From assembly GCA_046726415.1 (NCBI GenBank), contig JBKPAK010000327.1, forward strand, positions 1 to 32,272: a stretch of 32,272 nucleotides of DNA, written 5' to 3'. Positions within the stretch are counted from its first letter, which is position 1. Every line of letters starts with the position of its first letter. Source of the stretch: Candidatus Methylomirabilota bacterium. GTDB taxonomy: Bacteria; Methylomirabilota; Methylomirabilia; Rokubacteriales; CSP1-6. The position numbers and the translations under genes are program-made. The notes below the pieces were generated by a model, which was not told the DNA's origin, ran no database searches, and saw only the letters and a program-made list of their open reading frames with translations. Below, piece by piece: positions 1-9,309 of this stretch.

Positions 1-522
1 GCCATGGATCATGTGCGCGCGGCTCGCCCGGATCAGGTCTATGCGGCGGGACTGCTGGTGATGGGCGCGCTCTTCTTCGACGTCCTGGATGGGCGCATCG
101 CGCGCTGGCGTCACAAAGCTTCGACTCTGGGACGCGAGCTCGACTCGCTGGCCGACATCATCAGCTTCGGCGTGGCCCCGGCGTGCCTGGCCTACGCCGT
201 GGGCATGACGGGTGTGTGGGATGCACTCATCCTGCTCTACTTCGTCGCCTGCGGCATCAGCCGTCTGGCCCGCTACAACATCACCGCGGCGGCGCTGGCT
301 GCCGGCAGCGGTGCGGTCAAGTACTTCGAGGGCACCCCGATTCCCACCAGCGTTCTCTTGGTCCTGCTCATCGTGGTGCTGGCCGCGCTGGGTCGTACCG
401 GGCCCGCGCTGCCGTTCGGCGTGGTCGCTCTCGGCCCGTTCCACCTACACCCGCTGACGCTCCTCTTCGCGCTCTCCGGTTCGCTGATGATCAGCAAGAC
501 GCTGCGCATCCCGAAGCCCTGA
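1..522 (+). CDS. pssA: CDP-diacylglycerol--serine O-phosphatidyltransferase (probably 5'-truncated by the window edge)
   Basis: CDP-alcohol phosphotransferase motif DVLDGRIAR...GRELDSLADIISFGVAP, plus RLARYN, YFEGTPIP and LMISK. The frame is open from base 1. Confidence 0.9.
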   Translation, partial: AMDHVRAARPDQVYAAGLLVMGALFFDVLDGRIARWRHKASTLGRELDSLADIISFGVAPACLAYAVGMTGVWDALILLYFVACGISRLARYNITAAALAAGSGAVKYFEGTPIPTSVLLVLLIVVLAALGRTGPALPFGVVALGPFHLHPLTLLFALSGSLMISKTLRIPKP

Positions 523-577
523 AATCTCGCGCCGTGAGGATGTGGCGCGCGCGGCCTAGAAGGACCTGCTGACCTCG

Positions 578-1252
578 CTACACCGAGGCGTGCAACCCTC
601 CCTTCCGGGTCGGGCTGTCACAGGTGATCGCCGAGGGATCGATGGGCCGAGCGGGGCCATAGCGGGACCGGCGCCAGAGCCGATAGGCGAGGAGAGTCGC
701 GAATGCGGCGGGCGCGACAAGGAGAAGCACGCGGGCGCCGCCGAAACGCTCCAAGAGCTCGGCGGCCTCGTCTCCGAGGAGATAGCCGATGGAGACCCAT
801 ACGGTCGCGTAGATCAGGGAGCCGACGACGTCCCAGCCCACAAACCGCCAGTACGCGATGTGACCACAGCCGGAGAGCACGGCGGCGAAGATTCGGACGC
901 TTGCCGAGAACCGACTCAGGAGGATAGCGGCAGCACCGAAGCGCACGAAGTACGCCACCGTCCTCTCGACGCATCGCTCGGATCCCAAGGTCAGCCGGCA
1001 GTAGAAGGTGAGCAGACGCGGGCCCATGAGTCTCCCCGCCGCATATGGCACATGATCGCCGATGACGGCGCCAAGCGCGCTCAACCCGATCAGGCCAGCA
1101 AGTCCCTCTATTCGCTCAGTCAAGGTGGCCGCGATGAGGAGGACGAGCCGGCTCGGGAACGGGATTCCAGCCGCCTCGATGAGAAAGGCACCGAAGACGA
1201 GGGCATAGAGGTGCCTGGCCAGAAAATCGAGGTGCGGTTGAAGGAACTCCAT
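578..1252 (-). CDS. DedA/VTT family membrane protein
   Basis: EAAGIPFPS, GAVIGDHVPYAAGR and LLSRF DedA motifs. Start placed at ATG 1252, with GGAGGT 8 nt upstream. Confidence 0.88.
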   Translation of the reverse strand: MEFLQPHLDFLARHLYALVFGAFLIEAAGIPFPSRLVLLIAATLTERIEGLAGLIGLSALGAVIGDHVPYAAGRLMGPRLLTFYCRLTLGSERCVERTVAYFVRFGAAAILLSRFSASVRIFAAVLSGCGHIAYWRFVGWDVVGSLIYATVWVSIGYLLGDEAAELLERFGGARVLLLVAPAAFATLLAYRLWRRSRYGPARPIDPSAITCDSPTRKGGLHASV

Positions 1253-1277
1253 GGCCGCGAACCTCCTCGAGTCCATG

Positions 1278-1293
1278 TGCAAGTCGCGAGCCG
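1278..1293 (-). promoter_or_regulatory. sigma54-type -24/-12 element upstream of the DedA gene
   Basis: CGGCTC-GCGAC-TTGCA with GG-N10-GC spacing. Confidence 0.5.
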
Positions 1294-1314
1294 GGACCTC
1301 ACCTTGACAGTCGT

Positions 1315-1330
1315 TGGCATCTGCGTTGCC
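1315..1330 (+). promoter_or_regulatory. sigma54-type -24/-12 element upstream of the MBL-rhodanese gene
   Basis: TGGCAT-CTGCG-TTGCC, near consensus. Confidence 0.6.
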
Positions 1331-1346
1331 CTCGGCGTTAGGGCCA

Positions 1347-2759
1347 ATGATTTTTGAACAGTTCATCCTGGAGAGTCTCGGGCATGCCTCGTACATGCTG
1401 GGCTCCGAGCGGACCGGCCAGGCGCTCGTCCTCGACGTGCGCCGAGACGTGGATGTCTATTTCGCGGCGGCAAGGCGGCACGGGGTTCGTATCGCCTATG
1501 CCGTCGACACACACCAGCACAACGACTATCTCACCGGGATCTGCGAGCTCCCGGCCCGAGGCGAGGTGACGCTTCTGGCCAGCGCGCGAGCCGAGCTGCA
1601 GTACCCGACACGACCGCTCCATGACGGCGACCGCCTCGAGCTGGGCGAGATCGCGGTCGAGGTCGTCCACACGCCGGGCCACACACCCGAGCACATCAGC
1701 CTGCTGGTCACGGACCGCGCGCGGGGTGAGGAGCCGGTGCTCCTGCTCTCGGGTGGCGCCCTGCTCGTGAATGACGTCGCGCGGCCGGATCTGCTCGCGG
1801 GACATGAAAGCACCGTCCAGCTCGCGGCCGCCAGCCGGCAGACACTCCTTGGAAAGATTCTGGCGCTGCCCGACCACGTCGAGGTCTATCCAACGCACGT
1901 CGCAGGCTCGCTCTGTGCGGCCAACATCGGCGGTCGATACTCGACGACGATCGGATACGAACGCCGTCTGAACCGCTTGCTCGCATGCCTCGTCTCCGAG
2001 GAGGACTTCGTCCGGGAGTGCCTCAGGCTCGAGACGCTGCCAGCCGTCCCGCCCTACTGGCGTCGCATGCGTTCCCTCAACGAAAAGGGCCCTCCACTGC
2101 TCGGAACGCTTCGCGAGCCGCCAGCCGTCTCCGTGGGCGAATTCGCACGTCTCCGGGACGAGGGAGCGGTTGTCCTCGACTGCCGTTCCCCTGAAGCCTT
2201 CGGCGGCGGCCACATTCCCGGTGCTCTGAACGTGGGCGTCGGTGGGCAGTTCCCGACGTGGGCCGGAACCGTCCTGGATGTCGGCGTGCCGATCATGCTC
2301 GTGGTCGAGGATGCCCGGGATCTGTGGGACATTTGCTGGTCGCTGGTCCGCATCGGCTATGACGTGCCGGCCGGATGGCTCGCCGGCGGGATGTTCGCCT
2401 GGCGGGTGGAGGGCAAGCCGCTGGCGACGATGCCGCAGTGGAGCATCCACGAGCTGCGCTGTGCGCTTGAAGGCAGCTCGGAACTCCTCCTGCTCGACGT
2501 GCGGCAGTTGCAGGAATGGCGTGCCGGTCACATGGCCCTGGCCTGCCACATCGCGGGGGCCGAGCTGCCGGATCGCATAGACGAAATCCCGCGGCACCGA
2601 CCGGTCGCCGTCATCTGCAGCAGCGGTTACCGCTCCTCGGTCGCAGCGAGCCTACTGGCCCGCCGCGGCCACACAAGCGTCGTCAATGTTCTTGGCGGCA
2701 TGACGGCATGGCAGCGCACGGGCTTTCCAACCGTCAGCGAGCGCGAGAGGGAAAAGTGA
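1347..2759 (+). CDS. MBL-fold persulfide dioxygenase-like protein with two rhodanese domains (CstB-like architecture)
   Basis: THQHNDY, HTPGHTPEH, DVARPDL and HVAGSLC motifs. First rhodanese domain (GGHIPGA) has no obvious catalytic Cys; second has the CSSGYRS loop and GGMTAW. Confidence 0.88.
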   Translation: MIFEQFILESLGHASYMLGSERTGQALVLDVRRDVDVYFAAARRHGVRIAYAVDTHQHNDYLTGICELPARGEVTLLASARAELQYPTRPLHDGDRLELGEIAVEVVHTPGHTPEHISLLVTDRARGEEPVLLLSGGALLVNDVARPDLLAGHESTVQLAAASRQTLLGKILALPDHVEVYPTHVAGSLCAANIGGRYSTTIGYERRLNRLLACLVSEEDFVRECLRLETLPAVPPYWRRMRSLNEKGPPLLGTLREPPAVSVGEFARLRDEGAVVLDCRSPEAFGGGHIPGALNVGVGGQFPTWAGTVLDVGVPIMLVVEDARDLWDICWSLVRIGYDVPAGWLAGGMFAWRVEGKPLATMPQWSIHELRCALEGSSELLLLDVRQLQEWRAGHMALACHIAGAELPDRIDEIPRHRPVAVICSSGYRSSVAASLLARRGHTSVVNVLGGMTAWQRTGFPTVSEREREK

Positions 2760-2817
2760 TCATCTGCGCCCGGACTTTGTGGACGTCGGCCGCATTTCCG
2801 GGCCATCCGTTGGCTGT

Positions 2818-4122
2818 ATGAAAGCGATCTGGCAGCTACTCGGGGCCGCGATTGCGAGCTGGAGCGAGGACAAAGCACCGCGCCTCGGCGCGGCACTCGC
2901 ATACTACACCGTCTTCTCGCTGGCGCCTTTGCTGGTGATCGCGGTGGGGATCGCCGGTGTGTTCTTCGGAGAAGAGGCCGCGCGGGGACAGATCGTCGAT
3001 CAGATCCGAGGGCTCGTCGGCGATCAAGGTGCACAGGCGGTCGAGACCATGGTCGAGCACGCGGGCCGGCAGAAGACGTCCGGCGTGGTCGCCACCGCGA
3101 TCGGCCTGGCGATGCTACTGTTTGGCGCTTCGGGGGTGTTCGGCGAATTACAGGACTCCCTCAACACCATCTGGGGCGTGAAGCCCCGGCCGGGCCGCGG
3201 CCTCCTCGGCGTGATCAAAGACCGGTTCGCTTCCTTCACGATGGTCATCGGAATCGCGTTCCTCCTCCTCGTCTCGCTCATCCTCAGCGCAGCCCTGGCG
3301 GCCCTAGGGCCGAGGCTGGGCGGGGGCACCGCGGAAGGGGCGATGCACATCGTCAACGGGCTCGTCTCCTTCGGGGTCATCACGGTGCTCTTCGCCGCCA
3401 TGTACAAATACGTTCCGGACGTCCAGATCCAGTGGCGGGATGTGTGGGTCGGGGCGGCGGTCACGTCCCTGCTGTTCACCCTGGGGAAATTCGCCATCGG
3501 CCTGTACCTCGGCAAGAGCTCCGTGGCCTCGGCCTACGGCGCGGCTGGCTCTCTCGTGATCCTGCTCATCTGGGTGTACTACTCGGCCCAGATCCTCTTC
3601 TTCGGGGCCGAGTTCACGAAAGTCTACGCGAAGAGCTACGGCAGCGGCCTTCGGCCGGCACCCGACGCGATACCCGTCACGCCAGAGGCCCGGGCCGAGC
3701 AAGGGTTGGGCCCGGGTGTCGCGACCCCGTTCGCGACCGAGCAGGGCAGGCATGGGCCGACGTCCACTGCGCCGGACATAACGCCGCAGGCGTCGCTCAT
3801 CTTCGCGCTCGGAGCCCTGCTGGGCTTCGCGCTCGGTCGGACACCGCTCAGACTGCTCGTGAAACACGCGCCGCGAGCAATCTCGCTGGCAATCCGGGTC
3901 ACTGGGGTGGTCACGGCTCTCGGTCGCTACCGCGACCGGCGCCGCGGAGGAGGCGGCGTAGCGGCGAGACGAGGAACCCAGGGAGGGCGGGATATGAACG
4001 CGACGACCTTCCTGACGCAGGAGGACGGGGAAGTGCGGGATCTCGTCAAGGGAGTCCGCCGAACAACGGGAACGCCGCGCGGTGCCGGCGTGGCGGTTAT
4101 GGCGAAGGCAGGGCACCGCTAA
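2818..4122 (+). CDS. YihY/BrkB family membrane protein with a long C-terminal extension
   Basis: GAALAYYTVFSLAP, LQDSLNTIW and YGAAGSLVILLIWVYYSAQILFFGAEF. Homology ends near residue 290. Confidence 0.9.
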   Translation: MKAIWQLLGAAIASWSEDKAPRLGAALAYYTVFSLAPLLVIAVGIAGVFFGEEAARGQIVDQIRGLVGDQGAQAVETMVEHAGRQKTSGVVATAIGLAMLLFGASGVFGELQDSLNTIWGVKPRPGRGLLGVIKDRFASFTMVIGIAFLLLVSLILSAALAALGPRLGGGTAEGAMHIVNGLVSFGVITVLFAAMYKYVPDVQIQWRDVWVGAAVTSLLFTLGKFAIGLYLGKSSVASAYGAAGSLVILLIWVYYSAQILFFGAEFTKVYAKSYGSGLRPAPDAIPVTPEARAEQGLGPGVATPFATEQGRHGPTSTAPDITPQASLIFALGALLGFALGRTPLRLLVKHAPRAISLAIRVTGVVTALGRYRDRRRGGGGVAARRGTQGGRDMNATTFLTQEDGEVRDLVKGVRRTTGTPRGAGVAVMAKAGHR

Positions 4123-4320
4123 GGGCGCGCCTTCGCCCTGTACTTCGCGGCAGCCTCGTATAGACTATTGCCGAGCTCGCATCCTGCCGGGCAGCGATGA
4201 GCGATGTGAAGGGACGGGAAGATTGAAACCAGACTCCTCGCTCGCAACAGCCGATGGGGGTGCTACGGCGTCGCTGGATAAGTGAGACCGGGAACCGGCG
4301 CCTGGGACACCACAGGGGCG

Positions 4321-6090
4321 ATGAGCAAAGCGGCTATCAACCACACCCAGAAGAACCGTTCGCTCCCCAAGGCCGCAACCGGCATCCTGGGGCTCGACGA
4401 GATCACTGGCGGCGGGCTGCCCCGCGGCCGCCCCACTCTCGTCTGTGGCGGCGCCGGCTGCGGCAAAACGCTCCTCGCGATGGAGTTCCTCGTCCGCGGC
4501 GCGACCGAGTTCGGCGAGCCCGGCGTCTTCTTGTCCTTCGAGGAGACCGCCGAGGAGCTCGCCCAGAACGTCCGCTCCCTCGGGTTCGACCTGGAGGATC
4601 TGGCCAAACAGAACAAGCTGCTGGTGGACTTCGTCCACGTCGAGCGGAGCGAGATCGAGGAGACCGGCGAGTACGACCTGGAAGGCCTCTTCATCCGCCT
4701 GGGCCACGCCATCGACTCGCTCGGGGCCAGGCGCGTCGTGCTCGACACCGTCGAGACGCTCTTCGGCGGCCTGTCGAATGCCGCCATTCTCCGCGCCGAG
4801 CTCCGCCGCCTGTTCCGCTGGCTCAAGGACCAGGAGGTCACGGCGATCATCACCGGCGAGCGCGGCGACGGCACCCTCACCCGCCACGGCCTTGATGAGT
4901 ACGTCTCCGACTGCGTCATCGTCCTCGACCACCGCGTCACCGAGCAGCTCTCGACCCGAAGGCTGCGGATCGTCAAATACCGAGGCACCACCCACGGCAC
5001 CAACGAATATCCCTTCCTGATCGACGAGAACGGCATCTCCGTCCTGCCGGTCACCTCGCTTGGCTTGCACCACGAGGCGTCCGACGAGCGGATCTCCACC
5101 GGCGTCTCTCGGCTCGACGCCATGCTCGGCGGCCAGGGGGTCTACCGCGGCAGCAGCCTGCTCATCTCCGGAACCGCGGGCACCGGGAAGACAAGCCTGG
5201 CTGCCCACTTTGCCGACGCGAGCTGCCGGCGCGGCGAGCGCTGCCTGTACTTCGCCTTCGAGGAGTCCGAGAGCCAGCTGGTTCGCAACATGCGCTCCAT
5301 CGGCCTGGATCTGGCGCCCTGGTCGAAGAAGAGCCTGTTGCGCTTCCATGCCGCCCGCCCCAGCGCCTACGGCCTGGAAATGCACCTGAGCACGCTCCAC
5401 AAGCTGGTCAATGAGTTCCAGCCCCAATTGGTGGTCGTGGACCCGATCACCACGTTCATCGGCGCCGGCACGTCCGTCGAGGCCCAGTCGATGCTGATGC
5501 GGCTGATCGACTTCCTCAAGTCCCAGCGGATCACGGCCTTGTTCACGAGCCTGACCCACGGTGGCAACGATCTCGAGGGGAGCCAGGTCGGCATCTCGTC
5601 CCTCATCGACACCTGCCTCCTGCTGCGCGACATCGAGCTGGGCGGCGAGCGCAACCGCGGCCTGTACGTCCTGAAGTCCCGCGGCATGGCCCACTCCAAC
5701 CAGGTCCGAGAGTTTCTCCTGACCGACCACGGCGTCGAGCTCAAGGACGTGTACGTCGGGCCGGAGGACGTGCTCACCGGGTCCATGCGCCTGGCCCAGG
5801 AGGCGCGCGAGGAGGCCGCGACCCTGCATCGCCAGCAGGAGATCGAGCGCCGCCAGCGCGAGCTGGAGCACAAGCGCCAGGCTCTGGACGCCCAGATCGC
5901 TGCCCAGCGCGCCCAGTTCGAGGCGGAACAGGACGAGCTGATGCGACTCATCGCCCAGGAACAGGCCGTCACCGACCGCCTGCGCGAGTGGCGGGAAGAG
6001 ATGGCACGCAGCCGCAAGGCCGACGATCAGCCGGGCGAGACCCCGAAGACCCACCCGGGTAAACTGAGTCCTCGTGGAGGCCGCAAGTGA
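4321..6090 (+). CDS. kaiC: Circadian clock protein KaiC (double RecA domain, KaiC2-like, C-terminal coiled coil)
   Basis: Walker A motifs GGAGCGKT and [16 protein letters not shown] catalytic glutamates; KYRG and KSRG; phosphosite region GISSLID; heptad-rich tail. Confidence 0.96.
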   Translation: MSKAAINHTQKNRSLPKAATGILGLDEITGGGLPRGRPTLVCGGAGCGKTLLAMEFLVRGATEFGEPGVFLSFEETAEELAQNVRSLGFDLEDLAKQNKLLVDFVHVERSEIEETGEYDLEGLFIRLGHAIDSLGARRVVLDTVETLFGGLSNAAILRAELRRLFRWLKDQEVTAIITGERGDGTLTRHGLDEYVSDCVIVLDHRVTEQLSTRRLRIVKYRGTTHGTNEYPFLIDENGISVLPVTSLGLHHEASDERISTGVSRLDAMLGGQGVYRGSSLLISGTAGTGKTSLAAHFADASCRRGERCLYFAFEESESQLVRNMRSIGLDLAPWSKKSLLRFHAARPSAYGLEMHLSTLHKLVNEFQPQLVVVDPITTFIGAGTSVEAQSMLMRLIDFLKSQRITALFTSLTHGGNDLEGSQVGISSLIDTCLLLRDIELGGERNRGLYVLKSRGMAHSNQVREFLLTDHGVELKDVYVGPEDVLTGSMRLAQEAREEAATLHRQQEIERRQRELEHKRQALDAQIAAQRAQFEAEQDELMRLIAQEQAVTDRLREWREEMARSRKADDQPGETPKTHPGKLSPRGGRK

Positions 6091-6431
6091 GGCATGATCG
6101 CAGAGAGCCGCAGACCCTCGCCGAAGCAGCCGCCACCGGGACGGCCAACCCGGGCGTGTGGGAGCTGCGCCTGTACGTCGCTGGCAAGACAGCCAAGTCC
6201 GTCGCCGCCTTCGAGAACCTCAGCCGGCTGTGCGAGGAGCACCTGGCCGGCAAGTACAAGATCGAGGTGGTGGACCTGCTGGTCCACCCGCAGTTGGCGA
6301 AGGGCGACCAGATCGTCGCCATCCCGACCCTGGTCCGTAAGCTGCCCGAGCCGATCCGCAAGGTGATTGGCGACCTGTCCAACGTCGAGCGCACTCTGGT
6401 GGGGCTGCAGCTGCGCTCCGCCAAGACGTGA
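6087..6431 (+). CDS. kaiB: Circadian clock protein KaiB
   Basis: LRLYVAG...IEVVDL...[23 protein letters not shown] overlap with the kaiC stop; GGAGG 6 nt upstream. Confidence 0.96.
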   Translation: MRHDRREPQTLAEAAATGTANPGVWELRLYVAGKTAKSVAAFENLSRLCEEHLAGKYKIEVVDLLVHPQLAKGDQIVAIPTLVRKLPEPIRKVIGDLSNVERTLVGLQLRSAKT

Positions 6432-6480
6432 GCGGGACCGTCCGGCGAATGCACGACGCAGCCAATGGAGGGGCCCGATC

Positions 6481-8538
6481 ATGACGGTGCAGACCGTCGA
6501 TCAGCTCTTGCAGGAGAACGAGGACCTGCGCCGTCGGCTGGAGGAGGTCGAGGACGCTCTCCGCGCGCTGCGGGCCGGCGAGGCGGACGCCATCCTCGTC
6601 GAGGCCGAGCGCGAGAAGGTCTTCACCCTGGAGGCGGCCGACAAGCCCTACTGGCTGCTGGTCGCGCAGATGCCCCAGCCCGCGGCGACTCTCACCGGAG
6701 ACGGCACGATCATCTCCTGCAACCGACGCTTCGCCGACCTGCTCGTCCGGCCGCTCCCCTCCTTGCTTGGCAAGCCGATCCACGATTTCGTCAGCCCCGA
6801 TGGCCGGCCGGCCCTCGAGGCCCTGCTGCGCGACGGCCTGGGCGCCGAAGTCCAGGGGGAGGTCCCCTTGCAGCGGCCCGACGGCACCTTGGTGCCGCTT
6901 TACCTCGGCGTCAACGCCTTGCGGGAAGGCGCCCTCGGGTTGTGCCTGATGGTCACCGACCGGACTGAGCAACGGCACTACCAGGAGTTGCAATGCACCC
7001 AGGAGGCCCTGCGCGCGAGCGAGGAGCGGCTGGACCTGGCCCAGCGGGCCGGCCGCATCGGCACGTTCGAATGGAACATCCGGACTGGCGCGGTGAGCTG
7101 GTCCGCTACCAAGGAAGAGCTGTACGGACTGCCCGCGGGCGGATTCGGCGGCCGCTACGAGGACTGGACGCAAGCCGTCCACCCCGACGACCGGGACCGC
7201 GCCGAGGCAGATCGCAGCCGGGCCGTCTCCGGACGGACCATGCTGGACACCGAATTCCGGATTGTCCGGCCGGACGGGGAGACGCGCTGGATCGCTTCCA
7301 AAGGGAAGGTATTCTACGCAGCGGACGGCGAACCGTTGCGCATGCTCGGTGTAAGCCTGGATGTCACCGAGCGCAAGCAGGCCGAGGAAGAACTCCGGGA
7401 CGCCGACCGCAAGAAGGATGAGTTCCTGGCCACCCTGGCTCACGAGCTGCGCAACCCGCTGGCCCCGATTCGCAACGCCGTACAAATCCTCAACGCCAAG
7501 GGCTCGATCCACCCGGACCTGCGAAGGGCCCGGGCCGTGCTCGACCGTCAGGTACAGCTGATGGCGCGGCTGCTCGAAGATCTGCTCGACGTGTCGCGCA
7601 TCTCCCGCAACAGGCTAGAACTCCGTATGGAGCGGGTCGAACTGGCCGCCGTGTTGGACGGCGCCCTGGAGACCAGCCGCCCGGTCATCGAGGCCGCCAG
7701 CCACGAACTCACCCTCACCTTGCCGCCGGAGCCGATCCATCTGGAGGCCGACCCCGTGCGGCTGGCCCAGGTGTTCGCCAACCTCCTCAACAACGCCGCC
7801 AAGTATACCGACGAAGGTGGCCGCATCCGGCTGACCGCCGAGCGGCAAGGAAGCCACGCAATCGTCTCCGTCAGGGACAGCGGCATCGGCATCGCCGCTG
7901 AGGTCCTCCCGAACATCTTCGAGATTTTCTCACAGGCGAAACTCGCGTCGGTGCGATCGCAGGACGGCCTCGGCATCGGCCTGTCGCTGGTCAAGGGGCT
8001 GGTCGGGTTGCACGGCGGGAGCGTCGAAGCCCGCAGCGACGGGCCGGGCCGGGGGAGCGAGTTCGTCGTCCGGCTGCCGGTCGCCGCGGAGGCGCCGGTC
8101 CACGAGCCGGCCCGGCCGCACGCGGACGACAGGCAACCGCCCGCGACGAGGTGGCGCATCCTGATCGTGGACGACAATCAGGACAGCGCAGACAGCCTGG
8201 CGATGCTCTTGCAGATCATGGGGAACGAGGTCGGCACGGCCTACGACGGCGAGCAAGCCGTCGAAGCGGCCGAGGCCATTCGGCCTGACGTGGCGCTGCT
8301 CGACATCGGGATGCCAAAACTGAACGGCTACGATACCTGCCGCCGCATGCGGGAACAGCCGTGGGGCAAGGGGATGTTCCTTATCGCCCTCACCGGCTGG
8401 GGCCAGGCGGAAGACCGCCGCCGCGCCGACGAGGCCGGGTTCAATCTTCACATGGTCAAGCCCGTGGACCCCGACGTCCTCATGAAATTGCTGGCTTCGT
8501 GGTCCCGGGAGCACGGAGGCCGGCTCAGCAAACGCTGA
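6481..8538 (+). CDS. Hybrid sensor histidine kinase/response regulator (coiled coil-PAS-PAS/PAC-HisKA-HATPase-REC)
   Basis: H-box LAHELRNPL, N-box NLLNNAAKY, DSGIG and GLGIGL; REC IVDD/LLDIGMP/VKP; no TM segment; SD GGAGGGG. Confidence 0.94.
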   Translation: MTVQTVDQLLQENEDLRRRLEEVEDALRALRAGEADAILVEAEREKVFTLEAADKPYWLLVAQMPQPAATLTGDGTIISCNRRFADLLVRPLPSLLGKPIHDFVSPDGRPALEALLRDGLGAEVQGEVPLQRPDGTLVPLYLGVNALREGALGLCLMVTDRTEQRHYQELQCTQEALRASEERLDLAQRAGRIGTFEWNIRTGAVSWSATKEELYGLPAGGFGGRYEDWTQAVHPDDRDRAEADRSRAVSGRTMLDTEFRIVRPDGETRWIASKGKVFYAADGEPLRMLGVSLDVTERKQAEEELRDADRKKDEFLATLAHELRNPLAPIRNAVQILNAKGSIHPDLRRARAVLDRQVQLMARLLEDLLDVSRISRNRLELRMERVELAAVLDGALETSRPVIEAASHELTLTLPPEPIHLEADPVRLAQVFANLLNNAAKYTDEGGRIRLTAERQGSHAIVSVRDSGIGIAAEVLPNIFEIFSQAKLASVRSQDGLGIGLSLVKGLVGLHGGSVEARSDGPGRGSEFVVRLPVAAEAPVHEPARPHADDRQPPATRWRILIVDDNQDSADSLAMLLQIMGNEVGTAYDGEQAVEAAEAIRPDVALLDIGMPKLNGYDTCRRMREQPWGKGMFLIALTGWGQAEDRRRADEAGFNLHMVKPVDPDVLMKLLASWSREHGGRLSKR

Positions 8539-8568
8539 AGCTGCCGGGTGTTCGCATACGAAGCCCTG

Positions 8569-9309
8569 ATGAAGACGCGAGTCGTCGCCGCCATCCTGCT
8601 CGTTCTCGTCACCGTGCCGGTATGGGGATGTGCGTCGTCCGTCCCTCCGCCCCGGCTCACCGCTCATCCGTTCCCCACCGTGCGGCGCGTGGCGGTCGTC
8701 GCCTCGGGCGAGAGCGCGTTCACCGTGATCGAGCACCGGGCCGAACCAGGGCGCACGTTCGACGAAGTCGTCAAGTGGACCCCATACCAGTGGCTGCGCC
8801 CGCTCGGGCCCCTGGTCCACGCGGGGATCAACTGGCTGCTCGACCTTGGCCGTACCGTCAGCACCGCTGCTGACGTCGGGGGCACCGCTGCTGACGTCGG
8901 GGGCATCTCCCCGCGATTGATTGTCTCCCAGGTGTTCGCGCGCCGACTGCAATCGAGTGGATCGTTCGAGGAGGCCCGCACTCTGGAGAGCGAGCCCATC
9001 GGAGAGGAGCGGAGGCGCGCCGATAGCATCGTGCGGGTGACCGTGCCGGCATGGGGCCTCGTGCGCGTCCGGCAGGGAAATCCCGATCTCCTGTCGGCCT
9101 TCGCGGACGTGCGGGCGGAAATGGTGATCCCGGATACGGGTGTCGTCGTGTGGGAAAACAGCGAGGATGTGACCGATCCCGAGCGGCTCCCGCTGGAGTC
9201 CTTCACGCGGGATCGACAATTCACGCGGCAGCAGCTGCTCGCCGTGTTGGAGCGGGCGGGCGAGCGACTGGCCAGCGAGCTGCTCTACGCGCGGGGCGCC
9301 GGACGATGA
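8569..9309 (+). CDS. Putative lipoprotein
   Basis: Signal peptide with lipobox VWGC; ATGA coupling to the next gene. Confidence 0.75.
   Translation: MKTRVVAAILLVLVTVPVWGCASSVPPPRLTAHPFPTVRRVAVVASGESAFTVIEHRAEPGRTFDEVVKWTPYQWLRPLGPLVHAGINWLLDLGRTVSTAADVGGTAADVGGISPRLIVSQVFARRLQSSGSFEEARTLESEPIGEERRRADSIVRVTVPAWGLVRVRQGNPDLLSAFADVRAEMVIPDTGVVVWENSEDVTDPERLPLESFTRDRQFTRQQLLAVLERAGERLASELLYARGAGR
8861..8905 (+). repeat. Perfect 21-bp tandem duplication (in frame, TAADVGG x2)
   Basis: gcaccgctgctgacgtcgggg at 8861-8881 and 8882-8902, followed by gca. Confidence 0.97.

Noticed and set aside
4123..4320. sigma54 promoter for kaiC
   Set aside because: No convincing -24/-12 match, so the kai operon itself is not claimed as a regulon member
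4165..6054. 629-aa antisense ORF over kaiC, and similar long antisense ORFs (6220-7512, 7930-9219, 10924-12177, 29476-30870)
   Set aside because: Shadow ORFs expected from high-GC codon bias opposite real genes; no motifs
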